Below are positions 19,403-27,873 of a stretch of 64,000 nt of DNA, piece by piece (position 1 is the first letter of the stretch; each line of letters opens with the position of its first letter). The notes beneath the pieces are model-generated. The model saw nothing but the letters and a program-made list of their open reading frames with translations. It searched no databases and was not told where the DNA came from. The stretch comes from Candidatus Atabeyarchaeum deiterrae (GTDB lineage: Archaea > Asgardarchaeota > Atabeyarchaeia > Atabeyarchaeales > Atabeyarchaeaceae), in assembly GCA_037310415.1 (NCBI GenBank), contig CP147780.1, positions 1,376,001 to 1,440,000 of the forward strand. The letters run 5' to 3'. The position numbers and the translations under genes were made by a program.

Positions 19403-19485
19403 AACCTTTTCTCACCTCCACTTCCCGGGGTTTGTTTTGACGCGGAACGGTTGGGAGGACCCACTCACCCGCGCACATTCGCTTT
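19403..19485 (-). promoter_or_regulatory. Structured 5' leader of queT; candidate riboswitch
   Basis: GCGCGGG/UCCGCGU stem, loop containing CCUCC complementary to the SD GGAGG, A-rich linker CAAAACAAA; TATA-like TTTAATA at 19507-19513. Confidence 0.5.
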
Positions 19486-19593
19486 CTAGTGTTGACTCAG
19501 GCTTAGTATTAAATCCTTGTGTCGCGATCTTGGGTTCATGTCCTGTTGTTCCATCTTCTTGGAGGCTTTCCTCTAATAACGCACCCATGGCCG

Positions 19594-19980
19594 TCAGAAG
19601 AGTTCGATCCAGATCCCATTCGGGTCTTCAACATAGGCCCAGCGGCCACTGTTGGACTTCATTTCCAGCAAAATGCAATGTCCTGCAGCACCAGCTTCTT
19701 CCAAAGCCTTGTCCAAGTCCTCGACCTGAAAGGCAAGATGATCCAATCCTTCACCTACACTATACTCTTTGTTGTAGGGGCTGTTTTTCCCATAATAGTT
19801 CAGTTCAAGTATGAGGCCACCCTTCTCGCTTTCCAGTGCGACGGTTTCTCCTTTGGTTTGATCAATTTTGCCGCGATTCACCATCTTCATGCCGAGAAGT
19901 TTCGTATAAAAGTCGATGGATTTCTCGAGATTCGTCACTCTTATTCCTACATACGTGAATTTAGCTTTCATAACTCTCAC
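19594..19980 (-). CDS. VOC/glyoxalase family protein
   Basis: VTNLEKSIDFYTKLLG, LELNY, HLAF, DPNGIWIEL. Confidence 0.88.
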   Translation of the reverse strand: MRVMKAKFTYVGIRVTNLEKSIDFYTKLLGMKMVNRGKIDQTKGETVALESEKGGLILELNYYGKNSPYNKEYSVGEGLDHLAFQVEDLDKALEEAGAAGHCILLEMKSNSGRWAYVEDPNGIWIELF

Positions 19981-20129
19981 CTAGCTGCATGTCGAGTCTC
20001 TTACGAAGAGACAAACAAGTTATGACAAATACTTATGTATTGGGCTCACGATGAATTGTTAGCCGAGAGGTGAACTCGATAATTGTCGTCGTCAGTCTAT
20101 CCTATGATCTTGAGACACTCAGTTGAAGG

Positions 20130-21155
20130 ATGTGGCAAAGCATGATAGCAGTGGTAATCTCAAGTGGCGGTTTAGATGTCAAGGAAGTGGATCAACCTGA
20201 GGTTAGAAAAAGGGATGTCTTAATTAAAGTCATGGCTGCAGGTATTTGTGGCACAGATCTGGCAATCGCGTCGAGAAAACTAAAGACTCCACTGCCTTTA
20301 ATTCCTGGACACGAGTTTACAGGTGAAGTTGTTCAAACAGGTGAAGACGTGAATGGATTGAAGACAGGGAACAGAGTCACCAGCGAAATAAACTTGACTT
20401 GCGGACGATGCTTCTTCTGCAACTCCGGTGTAAAGACACATTGTCTAAACCGCAAAGCCATAGGAATAGACGTCAACGGAGCGCTCGCCGATTACATAGC
20501 CGTTCCTGTCGAGAATATTCATATGCTGCCAGAATCCATAACCTATGAAGAGGGTGTCTTCATAGAACCCCTCGCGGCTGCAATACAGACAATAAAAATG
20601 ACTCCAATAAGCACTGGTAGCAGTGTTGCGATTATCGGAGACGGCCGACTAGGTCAGCTCATAGCACAGGCGATCAAGGCTAACGTTGCCGATTCCAGAA
20701 TGCTAATGTTAGGCAAACATGATTCAAAACTGGGACTCGGGGTAGAACTTGGAGGCGCCGACATAGCAATCAATATCACCCATGAGGATCCAGTCAAGGC
20801 GGTCCTAAGCGAAACAGATGGTCTGGGGGCTAACATCGTTGTTGAGGCAACCGGAAATCCCAACGCCCTGAGCCTGGCACTGAGCATCGTTCGCCACAGA
20901 GGAACAGTTGCCTTGAAAAGTACGCACGGTGAACAATCAAGAATAGATGCTTCACAAGTTGCAGTGCGAGAGATCACCCTGCAAGGTTCACGTTGCGGAC
21001 CATTCGAGGAGGCCATCAAGTTACTCAACGAAAAGAAAGTCAAGGTTAAACCATTGATCTCGGCGAAGTTTCCATTGAGGAAAGCCAAAGAAGCATTCAA
21101 GTTTGCCAAGAAACCTGAAGCCCTAAAGGTGATTCTCTTACCTAGACTCGAATAA
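20130..21155 (+). CDS. Zn-dependent medium-chain alcohol dehydrogenase
   Basis: GICGTD, GHE, CGRCFFC..C structural zinc site, GDGRLG. Confidence 0.9.
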   Translation: MWQSMIAVVISSGGLDVKEVDQPEVRKRDVLIKVMAAGICGTDLAIASRKLKTPLPLIPGHEFTGEVVQTGEDVNGLKTGNRVTSEINLTCGRCFFCNSGVKTHCLNRKAIGIDVNGALADYIAVPVENIHMLPESITYEEGVFIEPLAAAIQTIKMTPISTGSSVAIIGDGRLGQLIAQAIKANVADSRMLMLGKHDSKLGLGVELGGADIAINITHEDPVKAVLSETDGLGANIVVEATGNPNALSLALSIVRHRGTVALKSTHGEQSRIDASQVAVREITLQGSRCGPFEEAIKLLNEKKVKVKPLISAKFPLRKAKEAFKFAKKPEALKVILLPRLE

Positions 21156-21224
21156 ACAGTTATCGTCTAACCAACTTTCAAATCCAGGTTGCATTAGAAG
21201 GTTACTCTTGGTTGTGATTTCGCT

Positions 21225-22304
21225 TTGAAGATAGTTCACAGAAACCTGAAGAAAGGCTTGCTAGTGTTGAAACCTGAGAACTTAGATGACCTCTGGATCC
21301 TCTACAACACCATTCTTCCTGGCGATAGGGTATACGCCAAGACCCAGAGGAGAGTTAAAGCTCAAGAGGAGACTTTACGGCAAGACGAAGGCCAAAGAGT
21401 CACCCTCTATTTGGGCATCAAAGCTGAAGAAGTCTACTATGACCCAAACTTCAATCGGCTTCGGGTCAAAGGCGTAATTGTTGAGGGTCCTGAGGAAGTC
21501 GTTAGGATTGGCTCCTATCACACGCTCAGCTTAGAGCTCGGTTTCGACGTGAGGATCATTAAAGACCATTGGCAGAGCTATCTTCTTGATCGAGTTAAGC
21601 AATCACTAGAAAGCCAAGAGAGGCCTAAAGTTATGGTTGTGGCCGTAGAGGAGGGGGATGCCTGTGTCGCAAAAGTGGGGGACTTTGGCATAGATGTCTG
21701 TGCAAACATAACAATGGCGATACCAGGCAAAGCTGATGAATCAAAGCAAAGGGAACAAGTCCTCTCGAAATTTTTCAACGAAGTGTACTCGACCATTAAG
21801 CAGAACCTAAGCGACAAGAGAATCAAGAGCATCGTGATCGCTGGACCAGGATTCACGAAGGAAAGGCTACTCTCATATCTTGACAAGGACAAGGAAATAC
21901 GAAAACTCTGTTCTTTGGAGACGGCCAGTAACGGAGGTATGCCAGGCGTCCAAGAAGTGATAAGAAGGGGTGCACTCACAAAAGTTCTCGAAGATATTCG
22001 ACTGGTTGAAGAGTCAAAGCTAATGGAGGAGTTGCTGAGGCGACTCGGCAAAGACGAGAGAACAGCAGTCTATGGCAGGAGCGAAGTTGAAAGGGCAACA
22101 TCCTTTGGTTCTGTCGAAACATTACTAATTACTGATACGTTGCTGAGGAACGCTTCGGCTGAAGAGAGAACGAGACTCGATGCGCTTCTGAGAAACGCCG
22201 AGAAGATGAGAGGAAGAGTGGTTATCTTCAATGCTGAGAGCGAGACTGGAGAAGAGTTGACTTCGCTTGGAGGAATAGCTGCGCTCACACGTTTCAAGAT
22301 TTGA
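21225..22304 (+). CDS. pelA: Pelota mRNA surveillance / ribosome rescue factor
   Basis: PENLDDLW, GSYHTL, AGPGFTK, LGGIAALTRF. Confidence 0.95.
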   Translation: MKIVHRNLKKGLLVLKPENLDDLWILYNTILPGDRVYAKTQRRVKAQEETLRQDEGQRVTLYLGIKAEEVYYDPNFNRLRVKGVIVEGPEEVVRIGSYHTLSLELGFDVRIIKDHWQSYLLDRVKQSLESQERPKVMVVAVEEGDACVAKVGDFGIDVCANITMAIPGKADESKQREQVLSKFFNEVYSTIKQNLSDKRIKSIVIAGPGFTKERLLSYLDKDKEIRKLCSLETASNGGMPGVQEVIRRGALTKVLEDIRLVEESKLMEELLRRLGKDERTAVYGRSEVERATSFGSVETLLITDTLLRNASAEERTRLDALLRNAEKMRGRVVIFNAESETGEELTSLGGIAALTRFKI

Positions 22305-22369
22305 TGAGCAGTCTTGGTTGTTGCTTAATTCTCTTCTCTGCAGATTCTGTGTAGATTAATTAGATATCT

Positions 22370-22399
22370 GCAGGGATTTGTGCGTGACAAATCCCCTGA
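22370..22399. terminator. Inverted repeat between convergent genes
   Basis: GGGATTTGT-gcgtg-ACAAATCCC. Confidence 0.4.
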
Positions 22400-22547
22400 T
22401 CAGAGAACGATGAGATCGAAGAAGTAGAAAAATGAAAAATTGAGGAGAGAAGGCTATGGCGTTACAGTTATCGGTATAACTCTTAATCCGCACCCCTCTT
22501 AGCTCAGTTGACCTGTCTCCCCTCGATGGTTCTTCTCCGGTAGCGTC

Positions 22548-22727
22548 TTATGGCTCTATTTCTTCAGATTCTTCTGCTTCTTCCACACCGACTGAAGCGC
22601 AGTCCTTGCACAACACTTTGTTTGTCAAAACCTGTTCCACGCACTCACTGCATACCAATGTTCCACACGAATAGCAAGCACGGACGCCACTTCTGGATCC
22701 GCAGAATTCACAGGCTAATCGACCCAT
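22548..22727 (-). CDS. 59-aa double zinc-finger protein (missed by the ORF track)
   Basis: Manual translation: MGRLACEFCGSRSGVRACYSCGTLVCSECVEQVLTNKVLCKDCASVGVEEAEESEEIEP; four CxxC pairs and an acidic tail. Confidence 0.8.
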   Translation of the reverse strand: MGRLACEFCGSRSGVRACYSCGTLVCSECVEQVLTNKVLCKDCASVGVEEAEESEEIEP

Positions 22728-22990
22728 CGGTCAACCAACCCCTGACATAATGTATAGGGTACCTCAAAATAAACCTTTTCCGTTCACCGTTGCGATTCTC
22801 ACAGTTCACCAAACTTTCTCGCGAATCTCTGCGACTGGTACATCAAAACCTAGCTCTGCACGTCTCCCAACAAACAACGAGAGAATGATTTGGAACGTAT
22901 TAGCTTAAGAGGGAACTGAAATAGGTTTAAATCGAGAAATCAAATCTAGGTTCTCAGCCTGAGTTGAACAATAGGACATGAGGAATAAAC

Positions 22991-23581
22991 TTGATTCTTG
23001 GCATATGTGGCAGTCCGAGGAGGAAGGCAACTGAACATGTTCTCAGAGAAGCACTGCGAATGGCGGAGGAAGCAGGATCCAAAACTGAGTTCTTTAGCGT
23101 CAGTGGGAAGAAGATAAGTCCTTGTCAACATTGCGATTACTGCCTCAGAAACAAGGAGTGCCGGATTAAAGACGACATGTACGAACTCTATCCTCTTCTC
23201 AAGGATGCTCAAGGAATGATAATCGCTACACCCGTCTACATGGGCGGACTAAGCGCACAGACAAAGATCGTCATAGATCGATGCAGAGCTCTACTTGCAG
23301 CTAACCGGGATGTTTTCAAATATAAACTTGGTATGGCAGTTGCGGTTGGAGGAGACCGTTCGGGAGGACAAGAGCTCGCAATACAACAGATAACAGCATT
23401 CTTCATATTAAATGGAATCATACCGGTGAGTGGAGGCTCATTCGGAGCAAACCTTGGAGCAACATTCTGGTCGAAGGATACGCTAGAAGGGGTGAAAGAG
23501 GACGAAGAAGGACTCAGAACACTTAAGAAAACTGTGAAGAAGTTCGTGAGCGCGTTGGACAAACTAAAGATAAAGGAATAG
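22991..23581 (+). CDS. Iron-sulfur flavoprotein (Isf/flavodoxin-like)
   Basis: GSPR, CQHCDYCxxxxxC, ATPVY, GGQE. Confidence 0.88.
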   Translation: MILGICGSPRRKATEHVLREALRMAEEAGSKTEFFSVSGKKISPCQHCDYCLRNKECRIKDDMYELYPLLKDAQGMIIATPVYMGGLSAQTKIVIDRCRALLAANRDVFKYKLGMAVAVGGDRSGGQELAIQQITAFFILNGIIPVSGGSFGANLGATFWSKDTLEGVKEDEEGLRTLKKTVKKFVSALDKLKIKE

Positions 23582-23612
23582 ACGAAAAATCTTCGACCGC
23601 ATTCTTGGAGGA

Positions 23613-24200
23613 GTGAAAATGCCTGAGCAAAAAGAGGGCAAGAAGATAAAGAAGGTGGCTTGGGGAATCACAGGCAGTGGAGACAGGCTACGTGAGACCG
23701 TTGAAGCAATGAGGAAGATAAGAGATCAGTTTGCAGATAGAGTTGACGTAAGGGTTTACGTATCGAAGGCAGGGGATCAAGTTCTAAAGTATTACAAGTT
23801 GAGCCACGATCTGGAGGAAACCTTCGACAAAATCTGGATAGAAATTAACGCTAACTCCCCCTTTCTGGCAGGTCAGCTTCAATCTGGAAAATTCGAGTTC
23901 CTGCTGATCGCTCCGGCAACGTCGAATACAGTGGCTAAGATCTCGATGGGTCTGGGGGACAGTCTTCTCTCCAATTCGGCGATCATGAGCTTGAAGGCAT
24001 TTGTACCGGTATACCTGATGCCCTCAGACTATGAAGAAGGGATCGTAACCACGAAGCTTCCTAACGGTCGCGATCTAAGACTGAAAGTCAGAAAAGAAGA
24101 TGTGGAGAATGTCAAGAGAATAGCCAGCATGGAGAATGCATTCATACTGGAAAAACCAGAAGATATTAGCAACGTCTTCAGAAAGCATTTCGGTGAATAG
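23613..24200 (+). CDS. afpA: Archaeoflavoprotein AfpA-like flavoprotein
   Basis: VAWGITGSG, PFLAG, APATSNTVAKI..D.L; adjacent to Isf. Confidence 0.75.
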   Translation: MKMPEQKEGKKIKKVAWGITGSGDRLRETVEAMRKIRDQFADRVDVRVYVSKAGDQVLKYYKLSHDLEETFDKIWIEINANSPFLAGQLQSGKFEFLLIAPATSNTVAKISMGLGDSLLSNSAIMSLKAFVPVYLMPSDYEEGIVTTKLPNGRDLRLKVRKEDVENVKRIASMENAFILEKPEDISNVFRKHFGE

Positions 24201-24202
24201 TT

Positions 24203-25741
24203 CTAAGCAAAATGCTCTTGTATCTCACTTAATAGTGGCTTCACGTCTAACCCCTTGTATCCAATTCTCTGCGCTAACTCGACGACATCATATTTCTGCC
24301 CTTTGGACCAAAGTCCCCCGAGGATCCTGCCCGTCTTTAGACTCTTGAACCAAGCCTCTCCAACTTTCTCTACCAAGTATGCCCTCAATTGTGACTCGAA
24401 TATCCAAGCTCTTAGGTACTGGGACGTGTAGAAACCATCATCGGTGTCCGTCAGGTAGTGCGCCTCAGGATGTTGAAACTTGAGTGACTCTTCCATTTTC
24501 TCTCGATAGACTTCGCTCATGTTGTCGACTTCATTGCCTTGGTGAAGAATCAGCTCGTACTTCAGTTTGGCAGCGTACCTCCTCAGGAAGTACAACTTGT
24601 AGAGGTATGCAAAGTCAAGGTATTTGTCGAACTCCGTGATTCCAACATTCTCCTTGAGCCACGTCTTGTTCAGCGTCAAATACTCAAGCAAGAAAGCATA
24701 AGTTTCAGTCACCGATGCATCTCCGAGTCGCTTGTACTCAACAGGTGACTTCGGATCAACCAGTGCATAGTGCATAGTGTGGCCAGCCTCGTGCAGCATT
24801 GATGTGTAATCATCCTGACCACCTTTTGGCATGACCACCAGCCTCACATCCCCCGGAACCTTTATGACTGAGGTGAACGCTCGGGGGAGTTTTCTAGGTC
24901 TCTCTTCCACATCAATGAGGATGTTTCTGTACTTCTTTATGCTGTACCCGATTCCTCTCAATGTGTTCTCAAGAACCGGTGAAGCGTTTTCCTTCCTAAA
25001 GTAAGAATCATATTCCTTGGCACGAAAAACATGAGCTGCGTCATGTTTCTCTGCCTCACGCAGGTGTACTCCGATCACTTTTTGCATTGCCTCATCCATT
25101 TTGTCAACATATAGGGACTCCGTTCTTTCAACGAAATAGGTCATTGAATCGCTCAATTCCTGGAAATTGATGTTCTTCGTGTCTCGGAAAAGCCAAACAT
25201 AGTCACGGTATCCAAATTCGTGTGCAATGCTGTGAAGCTTTTCAACTCGTCGCTTGAGGATAGGCGTCAACTTGTCATCAATGATCGTGTTCCTAGCACG
25301 AAACAGCATTGATCTCTTCTTTCTATCATCTTCGTTCAAAACCTTCACTTCGGCTAGTCGGAACGGTATCTGTTCGCCATCGATTTTGATGATTTCCTTT
25401 GAAGCTACTGTCTCAAATTCGTCGGTGTACTCTTTGACACTATGCCCGAGGGATTCTTCAGTTGCAAAAGCCTGCAGATAGCGAAGTCTACGCTCGATTT
25501 CCCCTCCTTTTCTTTCTTTGGTTCTCATTTTCTTTATAATTGTCACGTTCTGCCTATCGAAGAGATTCGCATACTTGTTGAATATGTTAGAGAGATTCAG
25601 GTCTTCTTTCAGACCCGCCCAATTTAGATAATATTCAAGACTCGTCTCACTGCTGAATTCATCAACACCCTTTCTGAAGGATTTCAGGTCAAACAACTGT
25701 GGTCCCCCCGAAGAAGAATACCGGATGCCGTTGTTCCTCAA
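24203..25741 (-). CDS. Zincin metallopeptidase, M3-like
   Basis: KLPRAF, HEAGHTMH, downstream TETYAFLLE. Confidence 0.7.
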   Translation of the reverse strand: MRNNGIRYSSSGGPQLFDLKSFRKGVDEFSSETSLEYYLNWAGLKEDLNLSNIFNKYANLFDRQNVTIIKKMRTKERKGGEIERRLRYLQAFATEESLGHSVKEYTDEFETVASKEIIKIDGEQIPFRLAEVKVLNEDDRKKRSMLFRARNTIIDDKLTPILKRRVEKLHSIAHEFGYRDYVWLFRDTKNINFQELSDSMTYFVERTESLYVDKMDEAMQKVIGVHLREAEKHDAAHVFRAKEYDSYFRKENASPVLENTLRGIGYSIKKYRNILIDVEERPRKLPRAFTSVIKVPGDVRLVVMPKGGQDDYTSMLHEAGHTMHYALVDPKSPVEYKRLGDASVTETYAFLLEYLTLNKTWLKENVGITEFDKYLDFAYLYKLYFLRRYAAKLKYELILHQGNEVDNMSEVYREKMEESLKFQHPEAHYLTDTDDGFYTSQYLRAWIFESQLRAYLVEKVGEAWFKSLKTGRILGGLWSKGQKYDVVELAQRIGYKGLDVKPLLSEIQEHFA

Positions 25742-25945
25742 CTTGGTTAACGCATGTAGTGATGTGCGGAGAAATATATCTCTATCGCATGAGGTTTCGT
25801 ACTATTATTCGCCTATATAACTGCTATATCGCAATAATGCATGCGTGGAGTGCTTCTCAAAGGCAACTAATTAAATACTTGTCAACTTATAGTTGACCAC
25901 GAGGTCATCTGCATTCGTTGAGCTGTCAGGAGCGATAGGGGAACC

Positions 25946-26455
25946 ATGAACGGAGTTCATGTAGATGAAACCTATGTGAAGATCCTCGTAGCTGGGGAAT
26001 CCCAAGTGGGGAAAACAGCTCTGGTGAACAGGTATTCAATGGGGAAGTTCGTAGCCCAAGAAACAATTGGAATCGATTTCTCTTCGAAATCAGAGGAGAC
26101 ATCGGAATTGGGTCGCTTCAAGTTTTCGATCTGGGATCTAGGCGGCGAAGAACGGTTTCGCTTCATACTTCCGGAGGTTTGCAAGGGAGCCAAGGGAATT
26201 ATGCTGCTCTTTGACCTATCAAGACCGAAAACCTTCAGCAACTTGGACGAGTGGGTCAAAGTAATCCGGGACTGCATGGGAAATGTTCCTGTTCTCCTCG
26301 TTGGAGCAAAGTCTGATTTAGAAGGCAAAGTTCCTGAAGAGCAAATTAGGAGATTTGTGAAAGAGAAGAACTTGAGTGGTTACGTAAAAGTGTCAGCAAA
26401 ACTCAACAGGAATGTTGATGAGGCCTTCAAGAAAATAACCACGTTGATATCATAG
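25946..26455 (+). CDS. Rab-like small GTPase
   Basis: G1 GESQVGKT, G2 TIGIDF, G3 WDLGGEERF, G4 GAKSD, G5 SAK. Confidence 0.92.
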   Translation: MNGVHVDETYVKILVAGESQVGKTALVNRYSMGKFVAQETIGIDFSSKSEETSELGRFKFSIWDLGGEERFRFILPEVCKGAKGIMLLFDLSRPKTFSNLDEWVKVIRDCMGNVPVLLVGAKSDLEGKVPEEQIRRFVKEKNLSGYVKVSAKLNRNVDEAFKKITTLIS

Positions 26456-26649
26456 ACCTTCCTTATTCTTCTTTCTGTCCTTTTCCTTTTCGTCACTTAA
26501 TTCTGCCTTCCGCAACTGACTCTTACATCACGTGGCATCTGTTTGACTATGCGTGGCTATATATTAGAGACGATTGTTTCGTTATACTCTATTTAAGTCA
26601 ATGCAGCGTCTCAGGGCAGGAGCGCCCGGGACGAGAGGATTGAAAAGGA

Positions 26650-27837
26650 TTGAACTCACGCGATAGATTAATAGCAGTTCTTGAGAGACATGAGCCGGAT
26701 TACGTCCCAATAGTTCTTCAGTCCGTCATCTCCTCGAGAGTCTCTGATGAATTAATGAAAGCAACTGGACAGAACGGTAGACGGGGATCGACTTCCCCAT
26801 CGGTAGGCATAACGTACAGGATGTACAGGGAATTCGTAGACAAACTTATCAAGTCAAATCCCTCAAACTGGAAAGAAGAGTTCACAAAAGTAGCCAACAT
26901 GGTTGCAGTCACTCCAATTGACATTAACCTTTACACGAAACTAGGTGTCGATGGTTTCTTCCATGCAGCGTCTAATGGGAGAGTCAGAGTACTGGACGAA
27001 AACCATGTTATCAATGAGTTCGGTCAGATTTCGAAATTCGGTGATGCAAACGGCGAACTCATGCAATGGTATAATGACGGGTACCTCAAGACGCCTGAAC
27101 AGCGTGACCAATGGGAACAGTCGCTACCTGGACCAGATCGAGTTAAGCCCTACGAGGCGGCATTGAAGACCTGCGGAGAAAGGGTCTATCCGATCGGGTT
27201 CGTGGTTGGAATATTCGAGTTGACGTGGCAGTCTATGGGCTTCACTGAGTTTTCCCGCAACTTGAAGGTCAATCCCGGATTTGTGCGAAGAGTTTACAGT
27301 GAGCATGCCAAGTTCGCTGAGGAGTTAGCCAAGCAGTTCATAGACGCAGGCGCCGAGGTCTTAGGAATAGGAGATGATGTGGCTTACAGAGATAACTTGA
27401 TGGTTTCTCCCAAAATGTGGGCTGAATTTGTTCAGCCTCATGTGAGAAGAATTGTCAACACTATTCACAAACGTGGAGCACTCGTCTTCATGCACTCTGA
27501 TGGTTACATCACGCCTCTGATGGACCTCATAATCGGATCTGGATATGATGGAATACAGAGCCTTGAACCACTTGCTGGTGTGAAACTGTCTGAAGTTAAG
27601 AAGAAATATGGTGAACGAATAGGCATGATAGGTGGCATTGACACATCTCAGCTACTGCCATACGGGACTGAGAATGAAGTGGAGACCGCTGTTAGGCAAG
27701 CTATACGAGCAGCTGGGAAAGGAGGAGGCTACGCGATCGGGCCTTGCACCGAGATCCACTGGGGGTGCAAAGCTGAAAACGTTTTAGCAATGATCAAGTA
27801 CGCTAGAAAATACGGCAAATACCCTCTCCAGAAATAG
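26650..27837 (+). CDS. Uroporphyrinogen decarboxylase / MtaA-CmuA family protein
   Basis: MNSRDR, GDDVA, HSDG, GGID, GGGYAIGP. Confidence 0.85.
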   Translation: MNSRDRLIAVLERHEPDYVPIVLQSVISSRVSDELMKATGQNGRRGSTSPSVGITYRMYREFVDKLIKSNPSNWKEEFTKVANMVAVTPIDINLYTKLGVDGFFHAASNGRVRVLDENHVINEFGQISKFGDANGELMQWYNDGYLKTPEQRDQWEQSLPGPDRVKPYEAALKTCGERVYPIGFVVGIFELTWQSMGFTEFSRNLKVNPGFVRRVYSEHAKFAEELAKQFIDAGAEVLGIGDDVAYRDNLMVSPKMWAEFVQPHVRRIVNTIHKRGALVFMHSDGYITPLMDLIIGSGYDGIQSLEPLAGVKLSEVKKKYGERIGMIGGIDTSQLLPYGTENEVETAVRQAIRAAGKGGGYAIGPCTEIHWGCKAENVLAMIKYARKYGKYPLQK

Positions 27838-27873
27838 AATGAATCAAAGCAGAAGTCCTGGTCAGGAATGTAG

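Noticed and set aside
19403-19485. Assignment to canonical preQ1 class I, II or III
   Set aside because: The loop is longer and the ligand-contact nucleotides could not be matched by eye; kept only as a new-motif candidate.
19215-20025. 199-aa and 168-aa plus-strand ORFs, and similar shadow ORFs throughout the window
   Set aside because: They are antisense to well-supported genes and have no motifs.
20048-20092. AUGA..GA hairpin resembling a eukaryote-type SECIS
   Set aside because: No in-frame TGA selenoprotein candidate on that strand nearby, and the pairing is weak.
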